Of a stretch of 64,000 nt of DNA, positions 29,984 to 39,565 are shown in pieces. The notes below the pieces were generated by a model. The model was not told the origin of the DNA and did no database searches. It was given only the letters and a program-made list of their open reading frames with translations. The stretch spans positions 96,001 through 160,000 of the forward strand of contig CAWFJJ010000001.1 in assembly GCA_963816185.1 (NCBI GenBank). Direction: 5' to 3'. The DNA is from Thermoanaerobaculia bacterium. GTDB lineage: Bacteria > Acidobacteriota > Thermoanaerobaculia > UBA5066. Each line of letters starts with the position of its first letter. The stretch's first letter is position 1. The position numbers and the translations under genes were made by a program.

Positions 29984-30750
29984 GGGAAGTTCTCGCGTTC
30001 GGCACCCCGGACGATGTCGCGGACGCGGCGGCTTTTCTCTTCGTGAACCTCGCCTATCAGGCCGTCGCCGCACGGGGAAGATTCTTCGTCTCCCTCGCGG
30101 GAGGAACGACGCCCCTTGCGTGTTACCGGCTGTTGGCGGCGCCGCTGATCGCGACGAAGGTGAACTGGGAAGCCACCCACGTCTTCTTCGGCGACGAGCG
30201 CTGCGTTCCCGAAGGTCATCCGGATCGAAACGACGAAGCTGCGTTCGAGGCGCTGCTGCGGCACGTCCCGATCCCAGAGAAAAACGTCCACCGTGTCCCC
30301 GTGGACGAGCCGGACGGCGCGGAGCGCTATGAATCCGACTTGCGCGGGGCATTCTCCATCTTCTCCGCGTCCTCTTCGAAGGGAATTCCCCGTTTCGACC
30401 TCGTGTTCCTCGGGCTCGGGGCGGACGGTCACACCGCTTCGCTGTTCCCGGGTCGTCCCTCTCTCGAGGAGAACCAGCGGCTCGTTCTGCGAGTCGACGA
30501 CTCGCCGAAGCCGCCTCCTTCGCGCGTCACGTTCACGCTGCCCCTGCTGAATGCCGCCCGCCATGTGGCGCTTCTCGTGACGGGGAAGGACAAGGCCCCG
30601 GCCCTCGCCCGCGTCCTCGAGGGCGACGAGGCGCTGCCGGCCGCCCACCTCGGCCCCGATGGAACGCTGACGATCCTCGCGGACACGGCCGCTCTTTCCC
30701 TTTCGAAGAACCTCCCGCGGCCGAAGGCCTCCGCCCCCGCCGACCGATGA
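29980..30750 (+). CDS. pgl: 6-phosphogluconolactonase
   Basis: LAGGTTP, FFGDERCVP, LGLGADGHTASLFP. Confidence 0.95.
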   Translation: MREVLAFGTPDDVADAAAFLFVNLAYQAVAARGRFFVSLAGGTTPLACYRLLAAPLIATKVNWEATHVFFGDERCVPEGHPDRNDEAAFEALLRHVPIPEKNVHRVPVDEPDGAERYESDLRGAFSIFSASSSKGIPRFDLVFLGLGADGHTASLFPGRPSLEENQRLVLRVDDSPKPPPSRVTFTLPLLNAARHVALLVTGKDKAPALARVLEGDEALPAAHLGPDGTLTILADTAALSLSKNLPRPKASAPADR

Positions 30751-31733
30751 TCCTCGCGGGCGACATCGGTGGGACGAACGTGCGTCTCGCGCTCTTCGAG
30801 ATGGAAGCGGGAAGGCTGGTTCGAAGAGAAGAGAGGAAGTTCCGGAGCCGCGAGTTCCCGGGGCTCGAGGGGCCAGTGGAATCGTTTCTCGCGGGCCGGC
30901 GCGTTCTCGCCGCCGGCTTCGGCGTTGCCGGCGCCGTGCGCAACGGTCGCTGCGAGGCCACGAACCTGCCCTGGGTCGTGGATGCGGCCCTTCTCGGCGC
31001 GAAACTCGCGCTCCGGCGCGTGGCGCTCGTGAACGACCTCTTCGCGAACGCGCTCGGCCTGTCGGAGCTTTCCGGCGAGGACTTCGCCGTTGTGAACGAG
31101 GGCACTCCGGATCTCGGCGGCAGCGCGGCCCTCATTTCCGCCGGGACGGGCCTCGGGGAGGCCTACCTCGTGCGGAGAGGCGGCCGGCTCGAGCCGCAGG
31201 CTTCCGAGGGCGGGCACGCGTCTTTTGCGCCGCGCAATCCATTCGAGATCGACCTCCTGAGGCACCTCCACCGCACGTTCAGCCACGTGTCCTTCGAGCG
31301 GGTTCTGTCGGGGCCCGGCCTCGCCGCGCTCTACGCGTTCGAGCGCTCGCGCTCTGAGGAGAGCGAGCCCGCATGGCTCTCGGCCCAGATCGCCGCGGCC
31401 CGTGACGCGTCTCCGGCCGTGACGGCTGCCGCGCTCGCGGGCAAGGATCCCGTGGCCGCACGCACCCTGGACTGCTTCGTCTCGATCTACGGCGGCGAGG
31501 CCGGAAATCTCGCGCTCAAGGTTCTCGCGACGGGCGGCGTTTACGTGGGCGGCGGGATCGCTCCTCGGATCCTGCCGAAGCTCCTCGATGGGACATTCTT
31601 CGCGGCCTTCTGCGACAAGGGGCGCTTCGCGGCGCTCCTCGCGAGAATTCCGATCAAGGTCGTGGTAAACGACGCGTGCGCGCTCCTCGGTGCGGCGCGC
31701 CTCGGAGCGGAGCTCTCCGAAGCACCGGGTTAG
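30747..31733 (+). CDS. glk: Glucokinase
   Basis: ILAGDIGGTN, VNDL, AGTGLG, SEGGH, ERVLSGPGL, GGGIAPRI. Confidence 0.95.
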   Translation: MILAGDIGGTNVRLALFEMEAGRLVRREERKFRSREFPGLEGPVESFLAGRRVLAAGFGVAGAVRNGRCEATNLPWVVDAALLGAKLALRRVALVNDLFANALGLSELSGEDFAVVNEGTPDLGGSAALISAGTGLGEAYLVRRGGRLEPQASEGGHASFAPRNPFEIDLLRHLHRTFSHVSFERVLSGPGLAALYAFERSRSEESEPAWLSAQIAAARDASPAVTAAALAGKDPVAARTLDCFVSIYGGEAGNLALKVLATGGVYVGGGIAPRILPKLLDGTFFAAFCDKGRFAALLARIPIKVVVNDACALLGAARLGAELSEAPG

Positions 31734-31783
31734 ACTTCGCGTGGGCCCTCGGCCCGCAGTCCATTCGAAAGGAATCGGATTCG

Positions 31784-32254
31784 ATGAAGAAGATCCTGTC
31801 CGCTCTACTGACCGGCGCCGCTTTCGTCCTCCTGACGTTTTCCGCCCCAGCCGACGAAAAAAAGCCCGTGTCTGCCGCCGCGAAGGACAAGAAGGAGTCG
31901 AAGATGAAGACGACCCCCTCGGGCCTCCAGTACGAGGACACGAAAGAAGGGACCGGTGCCTCGCCGAAGACAGGCCAGACGTGCGTGATGCACTACACGG
32001 GCTGGCTCTGGGAGAACGGTGCCAAGGGAAAAAAGTTCGACAGCTCGCTCGACCGAGGTCAGCCGTTCGAGTTCCCGCTCGGCCAGGGACGCGTCATCAA
32101 AGGCTGGGACGAGGGCGTGGCGACGATGAAGATCGGGGGCAAGAGAACGCTTCTGATTCCTCCGGGTCTCGGCTACGGCGCACGCGGTGCCGGCGGCGTC
32201 ATCCCGCCGAACGCGACGCTGCTCTTCGAGGTGGAGCTGGTGGGGGTGAAATAG
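31784..32254 (+). CDS. FKBP-type peptidyl-prolyl isomerase (exported)
   Basis: HYTGWL, FDSS.DR, VIKGWDEG, IPPNATLLFEVEL; signal peptide. Confidence 0.95.
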   Translation: MKKILSALLTGAAFVLLTFSAPADEKKPVSAAAKDKKESKMKTTPSGLQYEDTKEGTGASPKTGQTCVMHYTGWLWENGAKGKKFDSSLDRGQPFEFPLGQGRVIKGWDEGVATMKIGGKRTLLIPPGLGYGARGAGGVIPPNATLLFEVELVGVK

Positions 32255-32258
32255 GGGG

Positions 32259-32291
32259 TCCGGGGGGAGGCGCAGGGCGCTTCCCCCCGGC
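32259..32291. terminator. GC-rich hairpin after the FKBP gene (terminator or REP-like)
   Basis: CCGGGGGGAG-GCGCAGGGCGC-TTCCCCCCGG. Confidence 0.45.
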
Positions 32292-32396
32292 AGAAAGTCT
32301 CTAAAGCAGGCGAATCAGGCCTGCTCGCCTCCCGACCCCTAGATTGTCCGTGTGGGGCCTCCCGGCAGGGGGGAAGTGCCCCGCCGGAGGGTTTCC

Positions 32397-33740
32397 ATGC
32401 AAAGCCCCGTGAGGCGTGTCGTCATCCTGGGCGCGGCCGGCCGCGATTTTCACGACTTCAACACGGTTTTCCGGGACAAGCCCGAATACCTGGTCGTCGC
32501 CTTCACCGCGACGCAGATTCCGGGCATCGACGGCCGGCGCTATCCCGCGTCCCTCGCCGGTTCGCTCTACCCGGGCGGCATCCCGATCGTCGCCGAGGAC
32601 GAGCTCGAAGGCCTGATCCGCCGCGAGAGCGTCGACCTCTGTGTCTTTTCGTACTCGGACGTGGCGCACACGCAGGTCATGCACCTTGCATCCCGGGTGA
32701 TCGCGGCGGGAGCGGACTTCCTTTTCCTGGGAGCGAACCGGACGATGCTGAAGTCGAAGGTACCCGTCATCGCCGTGACAGCCGTGAGAACGGGCGCGGG
32801 CAAGAGCCAGACGACACGGTACCTCTCGAGACTCCTCAAGGAGCGGGGGCTTGCCGTCGTCGCCGTGCGCCACCCGATGCCGTACGGCGATCTCGCGGTC
32901 CAGGCCTGCCAGCGCTTCGCGGCATACGCCGACCTCGACCGCGAAAGGTGCACGATCGAGGAGCGCGAGGAGTACGAGCCGCACCTCGACAACGGCTTCG
33001 TCGTGTACGCAGGCGTCGACTACGGCCAGATCCTGAAGCGCGCGGAGGCGGAGGCTGACGTCATCCTCTGGGACGGAGGAAACAACGACCTGCCGTTCTA
33101 CGTGCCCGATCTCCACATCTGCATCGCCGATCCGCACCGCCCCGGCCATGAGACCGCTTACCACCCGGGCGAGGCAAACTTTCGCCGGGCCGACGTCATC
33201 CTCATCAACAAGTGCGACACGGCCGACGAGGGGAACATCCACGCGATCGAGACGGCGGCCGCGAAGCTGAATCCTCGGGCGCGCGTCCTTCGGACGGACT
33301 CGCCGGTCGTCTGCGAGAGGCCCGAGCTCGTGAAGGGCAGGCGCGCCCTCGTCGTCGAGGACGGTCCAACGCTGACGCACGGCGGCATGAGCTTCGGAGC
33401 CGGTCTCGTCGCGGCGAAGAGGGCGGGCGCCTCGGTTATCGTCGATCCGCAGCCGTATGCCGTCGGCACCATCGCCGAGACCTTCCGGAAATATCCGAAC
33501 GCGGCGGGCATCCTCCCCGCAATGGGCTATAGCGACGTACAGGTGGCCGAGCTCGCCGAGACGATTTCGCGGACTCCGTGCGACGTCGTCGTCGTCGGGA
33601 CGCCGATCGATCTGACACGCGTGGTGAGGCTTGCAAAGCCCGCCGTGCGGGCGCAATACGAGCTTCAGGAGGTCCTTCCGGGCCGCCTCGCCGAAGAAAT
33701 CGAACGCGCCGTCCCGGCGGCCATTGCCGTGCCGCAGTGA
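32397..33740 (+). CDS. COG2403-type P-loop protein (cyclic 2,3-DPG synthetase-like / arginine synthetase ArcE-like)
   Basis: VVILGAAGRDFH.FN, VAFTATQIP, AVRTGAGKS, RHPMPYG, IEEREEYEPH, WDGGNND, VEDGPTLTHGGM. Confidence 0.8.
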   Translation: MQSPVRRVVILGAAGRDFHDFNTVFRDKPEYLVVAFTATQIPGIDGRRYPASLAGSLYPGGIPIVAEDELEGLIRRESVDLCVFSYSDVAHTQVMHLASRVIAAGADFLFLGANRTMLKSKVPVIAVTAVRTGAGKSQTTRYLSRLLKERGLAVVAVRHPMPYGDLAVQACQRFAAYADLDRERCTIEEREEYEPHLDNGFVVYAGVDYGQILKRAEAEADVILWDGGNNDLPFYVPDLHICIADPHRPGHETAYHPGEANFRRADVILINKCDTADEGNIHAIETAAAKLNPRARVLRTDSPVVCERPELVKGRRALVVEDGPTLTHGGMSFGAGLVAAKRAGASVIVDPQPYAVGTIAETFRKYPNAAGILPAMGYSDVQVAELAETISRTPCDVVVVGTPIDLTRVVRLAKPAVRAQYELQEVLPGRLAEEIERAVPAAIAVPQ

Positions 33741-33800
33741 AAGACGCCCGGCGGCGCTGAGGGTTTCGGGAAGGCGACGGCGGCCTTATAGTCCGGCGCG

Positions 33801-34235
33801 ATGCTCCTTCTTTCGCGCACGATCCACTTCAATGCGGCGCATCGTCTCTTCAACCCGGAGAAGAGCGAAGAGTGGAACCGCGCAACGTACGGAGACGCGT
33901 CGAACGCCGCCGGCTACGGCCACAACTACACGCTCGAGGTATCCGTGGCGGGCGCGGCCGACGCCGATTCGGCCATGATCGTGAATCTCACCGACCTCGA
34001 CCGCATCCTGAAGGAAGAGGTCGATCGTCCGCTCGATCACCGGAATCTCAACATGGAGATTCCCGAGTTCAGAACGCGCGTCCCCACGGCCGAGAATCTC
34101 GCGCGGTGGATCTGGGATCGCGTGGCGGCGCGGATCGAGAGAGAGGGTTGGCCCTGCCGCCTCGCGACGCTGAAGCTCACGATTACGCCCACGTTCTCGG
34201 TCGAGATGGTTTCGGACCAAGAGAAGATTTCTTAG
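33801..34235 (+). CDS. queD: 6-carboxytetrahydropterin synthase-like (PTPS family)
   Basis: FNAAHRL, GHNY.LEV, LDHRNLN, PTAENLA; the usual Cys..HGH segment reads ASNAAGYGH. Confidence 0.75.
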   Translation: MLLLSRTIHFNAAHRLFNPEKSEEWNRATYGDASNAAGYGHNYTLEVSVAGAADADSAMIVNLTDLDRILKEEVDRPLDHRNLNMEIPEFRTRVPTAENLARWIWDRVAARIEREGWPCRLATLKLTITPTFSVEMVSDQEKIS

Positions 34236-35053
34236 AGAGGGTGTTTTCTTCTCTTTCTCCTCCGAAAACTCAAGTGTTCTCTTGCGCCGGCCGCGAGCGC
34301 CGCGGCCTCGATCTTGTCGCGGCCCCATGCGACTTCCGCCGGCGCGTGCGCGTCGGATGAGAGCACGATCGGGACGCCCGCGGCGACGAGCTTTGTCAAG
34401 AGCGGAGGAGCCGGGTACTCCTCGCCGACGGCTTTCCTGAGGCCCGCGCTCGAGACTTCGACTGCGACCCCGGCGTCTCGCGCGGCGGCCACGGCCGTGT
34501 CCTGGGCGTCGTTCACCTCCGCCGGCATGCGGTGGCCGAATTTCTTCGGGAGGTCGAAGTGCGTGAGAACGTCGAAGAGCCGGGTGCGCGCCGCCTTCGC
34601 GAGCAGCCGGTAGTACTCGCGCCAGAGGTTCTCCGTTCCTTCGGCCTCGTGCCGCTTCGCGGAACCGGGGGCGTCGATCCAGCCGCCGGCCACCCAGTGC
34701 ACGGAGCCGAGGATGACGTCCCAGTCGTGGACGCGGAGAATTTCCTCGAGCGCGCTCTCGTGGCCTTCCGCGTAGTCGGCCTCGAGGCCGAGAAGGACGT
34801 CGATGCGGTCCGCGAACTCCTTCTGCAATGCTCGAACCTCGTCGACGTAGCCCGGCAGCTCCGCCCGCGTCATCGCGAGATGAGGATCGGGATCGTCACC
34901 CGGCAGAAAATAGAGGGGAATGTGGTCCGTGAACGCGATCTCGGCCAGGCCCTTCTCGAGCGCCGCGAGAACGTACTCCCGCATTTCGCCGCCGGCGTGA
35001 CCGCAGCGGGCGGTGTGGACGTGATAGTCGGTCTCGTGTGCTCTCCGTCGCAT
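34232..35053 (-). CDS. hisK: PHP-family histidinol-phosphatase
   Basis: DYHVHT.RCGHA, FTDHIP, GLEADY, GSVH, HFDLPKKF, SSDAH. Confidence 0.85.
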   Translation of the reverse strand: MRRRAHETDYHVHTARCGHAGGEMREYVLAALEKGLAEIAFTDHIPLYFLPGDDPDPHLAMTRAELPGYVDEVRALQKEFADRIDVLLGLEADYAEGHESALEEILRVHDWDVILGSVHWVAGGWIDAPGSAKRHEAEGTENLWREYYRLLAKAARTRLFDVLTHFDLPKKFGHRMPAEVNDAQDTAVAAARDAGVAVEVSSAGLRKAVGEEYPAPPLLTKLVAAGVPIVLSSDAHAPAEVAWGRDKIEAAALAAGAREHLSFRRRKRRKHPL

Positions 35054-35098
35054 CGAAGTCCCGCGATCCGAGTGTAGTCTTGGGGCGAAGGGGACCGC

Positions 35099-35695
35099 AT
35101 GGCCATCCGGATCAACCGCGTCTACACCCGGGGGGGCGATGCCGGGGAGACGAGTCTCGTCGGCGGCCAGCGGGTCGCCAAGGACGCGATTCGGATCGAG
35201 AGCTACGGCACGGTGGACGAGCTGAATGCGCTTCTCGGGCTCGTGCGCACGGCGAACCGCGACGACGCGGGCACCGCCCCTAAAGCGGATCGCGACCGGC
35301 TCGACGCCATCCTCGAGCAGATCCAGAACGAGCTGTTCAATCTCGGGTCGGATCTCGCCACGCTCCCGCAGGATCGCCATCCGAAACAGCCCGTCATCGA
35401 GGCTCGCCATGTCTCGTTCCTCGAGAAGACGATCGATGATCTGAACGCCTGCCTGCCGGAGCTCAACTCCTTCGTGCTGCCGGGCGGCGGCTGGGTCTCG
35501 GCATTTCTGCACCAGGCGCGCACCGTATGCCGCCGCGCCGAGCGCCTCGTGACGGCGCTCGCCCGGAAGGAGGCCGTGGGCCCGCACGCTCTCGTCTATC
35601 TCAACCGCCTGTCGGACCTGCTCTTCGTGCTGGGCCGCTGGGCCGCGAAGACGCGGCAGGAGCCGGAGCCTCTCTGGAATCCAACGAAGGGCTGA
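35099..35695 (+). CDS. pduO: Cob(I)alamin adenosyltransferase, PduO type
   Basis: [43 protein letters not shown]. Confidence 0.93.
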   Translation: MAIRINRVYTRGGDAGETSLVGGQRVAKDAIRIESYGTVDELNALLGLVRTANRDDAGTAPKADRDRLDAILEQIQNELFNLGSDLATLPQDRHPKQPVIEARHVSFLEKTIDDLNACLPELNSFVLPGGGWVSAFLHQARTVCRRAERLVTALARKEAVGPHALVYLNRLSDLLFVLGRWAAKTRQEPEPLWNPTKG

Positions 35696-35704
35696 CGCAG
35701 CAAC

Positions 35705-37255
35705 TTTCTGGCGGCCTGCGCGGCGACCGCGGCGCTCCTCGGACTTCTGGGCCGCGGCCTTGCCGCGGAGGAGGCTCCGCGCATCGACACGATCGAGATC
35801 CAGACGACGAACGTCTTCTCGCCCCGGGAGGCGGCGAAGTCGTTCTTTCCCTACGGGCTTGCGAACGCCCTCCACTTCACGACCCGTTCGTCGTTCATCG
35901 AGCAGCAGCTCCTGTTCCAGCCCGGAGACGAGCTTCGCCCGGATCTCCTCGCCGAGACCGAGCGGAACCTGCGCGCGTCCGGGCTCTTCCGCAGGGCCTA
36001 CGTACGCGCGGAGGGAACGCGCGTCGTCGTCGAGACGGCCGACGCCTGGACGCTTCTCCTGCGCGGCTCGCTCTCGAACAAGGGCGGCGTGACGACGTAT
36101 TCGATCGGAGCCGAGGAATACAACGTGCTCGGCACCGGCCGCCAGTTTGGATTCGGGTGGGAGAAGGAGACGGATCGCTCGTCCCGGTCGCTCTTCTTCG
36201 TCGACCCGAACCTGTTCGCTCCGCACGTGAATTTCCGGTTCGATGCCTCGGATCTCTCCGACGGCCGATTTCTCAAGCTCGCGTTGGGACGTCCTTTCTA
36301 TGCGCTCGACGTCAAGTGGGCTCTCGAGGGCTCGGCGCTGCGTTCCGACTTCGACACGAAGCTCTATTCGAAAGGCGACGAAGCGACCGTGTGGAAGGAG
36401 GTGCAGCGCGACCTTCTGGTGTCGGGGGGGCGTCTGATATCCCGCGATCCCGACGGCGTCGTGCGTCTCGTTGGATCCCTCGAGTGGAGCGACGTCAATC
36501 TCCGCGAAGGCGGCCTCGGCCCGCCGCCTCCCGAGGGTGGCGCGCAGCGAAAGTTCTTGTTCCTTTCGGCGGGCATCGCGCGGGAAGGCTCCGACTGGAT
36601 CACCCGGCGGCTCGTCGACCAGATCGACCGGGACGAGGACTTCAACCTCGGGACCAGCGCACGCGTCGAGGTCGGCGTTTCGCCTTCCGTCGGAGGTTCG
36701 AAGCGTGCGGGCCGGGCGCTCGTGTCCGGAAGCGTGGGTACGCTCCTGCCCTCGGGCTTCGCGCTCTCGACGCTCCAGGCCTCGACACGCCTGTCGGGTG
36801 GGCTCGAGAACGCCCTCGTATCGGCGGATGCACGAGCGTACTTTCTGACGGGGCCATGGACGTTCGTGGGACGGCTCGGGACCATGGTCGGGTGGAATCT
36901 CGACCCCGAGAACCAGATTCCGCTCGACGGCGACACCGGCATGCGCGCGTATCGGCTTCACGCGGTGGAGGGGACACGGCGCCTCGTGGGAAACCTCGAG
37001 GCGCGAGTCCTCGTGGTACCCGAGATTCTCCAGCTCGTCTCGTTCGGGCTCGCCGCCTTCGGGGACGTCGGCTGGTCCTCGGGAGAGCCCGACGGATTCT
37101 GGAGGCTCGCGGACGCGGGGGTGGGACTCAGAATCGGGATCACGCGCGCGAGCAAGAACAGCCTCCTGCGCATGGACGTGGCGCGCTCGCTGCACCCGGA
37201 TCCGCTCGGGCGAACCGGGTGGCTCCTCTCGTTCTCGTCCGGACAGGCGTTCTAG
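35705..37255 (+). CDS. BamA/TamA (Omp85)-like outer-membrane protein with one POTRA domain; start codon unclear
   Basis: Open frame from ~35696 with signal peptide FLAACAATAALLGLL, ETERNLR..GLF, GMRAY, AAFGDVG, terminal SSGQAF. Confidence 0.75.
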   Translation, partial: FLAACAATAALLGLLGRGLAAEEAPRIDTIEIQTTNVFSPREAAKSFFPYGLANALHFTTRSSFIEQQLLFQPGDELRPDLLAETERNLRASGLFRRAYVRAEGTRVVVETADAWTLLLRGSLSNKGGVTTYSIGAEEYNVLGTGRQFGFGWEKETDRSSRSLFFVDPNLFAPHVNFRFDASDLSDGRFLKLALGRPFYALDVKWALEGSALRSDFDTKLYSKGDEATVWKEVQRDLLVSGGRLISRDPDGVVRLVGSLEWSDVNLREGGLGPPPPEGGAQRKFLFLSAGIAREGSDWITRRLVDQIDRDEDFNLGTSARVEVGVSPSVGGSKRAGRALVSGSVGTLLPSGFALSTLQASTRLSGGLENALVSADARAYFLTGPWTFVGRLGTMVGWNLDPENQIPLDGDTGMRAYRLHAVEGTRRLVGNLEARVLVVPEILQLVSFGLAAFGDVGWSSGEPDGFWRLADAGVGLRIGITRASKNSLLRMDVARSLHPDPLGRTGWLLSFSSGQAF

Positions 37256-37267
37256 GGGCGGCGGGCG

Positions 37268-38215
37268 TCAGTGGATGCCGCGCTCGGCAAGCCAGCGCTC
37301 GGCGTCGATCGCCGCCTTGCAGCCTTCGCCGGCGGCCGAGACGGCCTGACGATAGATGAAATCCGCGACGTCGCCGGCCGCGAAGACGCCCGGCACCGAC
37401 GTTTTCGTGGAGGGATGCCGGATCTTCAGGTAGCCCACCTCGTCCATGTCGAGCTTGCCCCTGAAGAGTCCGGTGTTGGGCTGGTGCCCGATCGCGGCGA
37501 AGTAGCCCGAAACGCTCAAGGTCTTGACCTCGCCGGTCTTCGTATTTTTCACGCGCACGCCCTTCACACCCGTCGTGGGCTCTCCGAGGATCTCCTCGAC
37601 GACGGTGTCGAGAAGGATCTCGATCTTCGGGTTCTGAAGGGCGCGTTGCACCATGATCTTCGAGGCGCGGAACTCGTTCCGCCGGTGGACGAGATATACC
37701 TTCGAGCAGAACTTCGTGAGGAAGCCGGCTTCCTCCATCGCCGTGTCTCCGCCACCCACGACGACGACGTCCTTGCCGCGGAAGAAAAAGCCGTCGCACG
37801 TGGCGCAGGCCGAGACGCCGTAGCCGAGCAGCCTCTTCTCGCTCTCGAGCCCGAGGTATTTCGCCGACGCGCCCGATGCGACGATGACGGAATCGGCGGT
37901 GATCGTTCCGGCCGACTCGAGCGTCAGCGTGAAGGGCTGCTTCGTCACGTCGACGTCCACGACGGTGTCGACGATGATCTCGGTCCCGAAGCGCTCGGCC
38001 TGCTTACGCGTGACGTCCATGAGCGCAGGGCCCTGGATGCCGTGCTCGAAACCGGGGAAGTTCTCGACGTCCGTCGTCGTCGTGAGCTGACCCCCCGGCT
38101 GGATTCCCTCGACGACGAGCGGCTCGAGGTTCGCGCGGGAAGCGTAGATCGCCGCGGTGAGACCCGCGGGGCCTGAGCCGACGATCACGACCTTGTAATG
38201 GGTTCTCCGGGGCAT
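37268..38215 (-). CDS. trxB: Thioredoxin reductase
   Basis: GSGPAG, CATCDG, GGGDTA, FAAGDV. Confidence 0.97.
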   Translation of the reverse strand: MPRRTHYKVVIVGSGPAGLTAAIYASRANLEPLVVEGIQPGGQLTTTTDVENFPGFEHGIQGPALMDVTRKQAERFGTEIIVDTVVDVDVTKQPFTLTLESAGTITADSVIVASGASAKYLGLESEKRLLGYGVSACATCDGFFFRGKDVVVVGGGDTAMEEAGFLTKFCSKVYLVHRRNEFRASKIMVQRALQNPKIEILLDTVVEEILGEPTTGVKGVRVKNTKTGEVKTLSVSGYFAAIGHQPNTGLFRGKLDMDEVGYLKIRHPSTKTSVPGVFAAGDVADFIYRQAVSAAGEGCKAAIDAERWLAERGIH

Positions 38216-38221
38216 CGGCGA

Positions 38222-38809
38222 TTACTTCGCTTGGGCGAAGTACTCTTTCGACTTCTCCCAGTCGGCCTTCATGGCCTTCGTGCCGGGCTTCCAGTCGGCA
38301 GGGCACACCTCACCGTGCTCGCGCACGTACTGGAACGCCTGGAGAACTCGAAGCGTTTCGTCCACCGATCGGCCGACCGCGGTGTTGTTGATCGTCGTGT
38401 GCTGGACGACCCCGTCCGGGTCGATGATGAAGAGTCCGCGCAGCGCGATCTTGCCGTTCTCGGCCAGTACGTTGCATTCCCGGGCGAGGTCCTTGCCGAG
38501 GTCCTCCAGGAGGGGGTACGCGAGACCCTTGATGCCGCCCTCCTCGCGAGGCTTTTCTGTCCAAGCGAGATGACTGAACTTCGAGTCCACGGACGCTCCG
38601 AGCACCTCGGCGTTGAGCTTTCTGAACTCTCCGAGACGGTCCGAGAACGCGAGAATCTCGGTGGGGCATACGAACGTGAAATCGAGGGGATAGAAGAAAA
38701 GGACGACCCATTTTCCCTTGTAGTCGGAAAGGCGATAAGTGTGGAATTTGCCGTTGAGCACGCCCTCGAGGGCAAATTCGGGGGCCATTCGGCCGACGAG
38801 CTGGGACAT
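38222..38809 (-). CDS. ahpC: 2-Cys peroxiredoxin
   Basis: [27 protein letters not shown]. Confidence 0.96.
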   Translation of the reverse strand: MSQLVGRMAPEFALEGVLNGKFHTYRLSDYKGKWVVLFFYPLDFTFVCPTEILAFSDRLGEFRKLNAEVLGASVDSKFSHLAWTEKPREEGGIKGLAYPLLEDLGKDLARECNVLAENGKIALRGLFIIDPDGVVQHTTINNTAVGRSVDETLRVLQAFQYVREHGEVCPADWKPGTKAMKADWEKSKEYFAQAK

Positions 38810-38874
38810 GGAATTTCTCCTTGCGCGAGGCTTATGTTTCCCGGGTGGGATTGTGACCCTGCGATACTTAATAC

Positions 38875-38936
38875 TTTAGACTTAATCTAAACTTTGGTCA
38901 AGTCAGCCCTTGATTCTTCTTTATATCGAGTCTAAA
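38875..38936. promoter_or_regulatory. Two Fur/PerR-like operator boxes in the ahpC/rubrerythrin divergent promoter
   Basis: TTTAGACTTAATCTAAA (38875-38891) and TTTATATCGAGTCTAAA (38920-38936) in an AT-rich island. Confidence 0.65.
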
Positions 38937-38969
38937 TTAGTCACAGTAGAAACGAAGGAGGGCCTTTTC

Positions 38970-39389
38970 ATGGCCGAGCTCAAGGGAACGAAGACTCACG
39001 AGAACCTCAAGCACGCTTTCGCGGGTGAGAGCCAGGCGAACCGCCGTTACCTCTATTTCGCCGACAAGGCGGACATCGAGGGCTATCCCGAGATTGCCGG
39101 AAACTTCCGCGACACAGCCGAGGGCGAGACTGGTCACGCGCACGGCCACATGGATTACCTCAAGGCTGCGGGCGATCCCGCGACCGGCCTGCCGTTCGGC
39201 TCGACGACATTGAACCTCAAGAGCGCAATCGAGGGCGAGACCTACGAGTACACCCAGATGTACCCCGGCTTCGCGAAAACGGCTCGGGAGGAGGGCTTCG
39301 TCGAGGTCGCCGACTGGTTCGAGACGCTCGCGCGCGCCGAGAAGTCGCACGCGAACCGCTTCAGCAAGCTCCTGACGACGATCGGCTGA
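38970..39389 (+). CDS. rbr: Short rubrerythrin (no rubredoxin domain)
   Basis: [39 protein letters not shown]. Confidence 0.95.
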   Translation: MAELKGTKTHENLKHAFAGESQANRRYLYFADKADIEGYPEIAGNFRDTAEGETGHAHGHMDYLKAAGDPATGLPFGSTTLNLKSAIEGETYEYTQMYPGFAKTAREEGFVEVADWFETLARAEKSHANRFSKLLTTIG

Positions 39390-39436
39390 AGAGGAACAGG
39401 ATTCGGCTGAAGAGAACAGGAACAGAAGAGGAAGAT

Positions 39437-39522
39437 TTTCTTAGAAGGTGAATGGGGTCCCGGCGCCCGAATACCGTGAAGCCGCGTGAAGCCGCACAGA
39501 CCCCACTCACCCTTCTAAGAAA
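39437..39522. repeat. Palindromic repeat family A, copy 4
   Basis: TTTCTTAGAAGGTGAATGGGGTC / GACCCCACTCACCCTTCTAAGAAA, a ~23-bp inverted repeat. Confidence 0.85.
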
Positions 39523-39565
39523 TCCGAATCCTCATCCTCATCCGAATCCGAAAGCAGAAAGAGCC

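Noticed and set aside
35693-35695. TGA readthrough (Sec) fusing PduO to the in-frame Omp85-like ORF
   Set aside because: No SECIS-like hairpin recognised, PduO is complete, and a cytoplasmic enzyme fused ahead of a signal peptide is implausible
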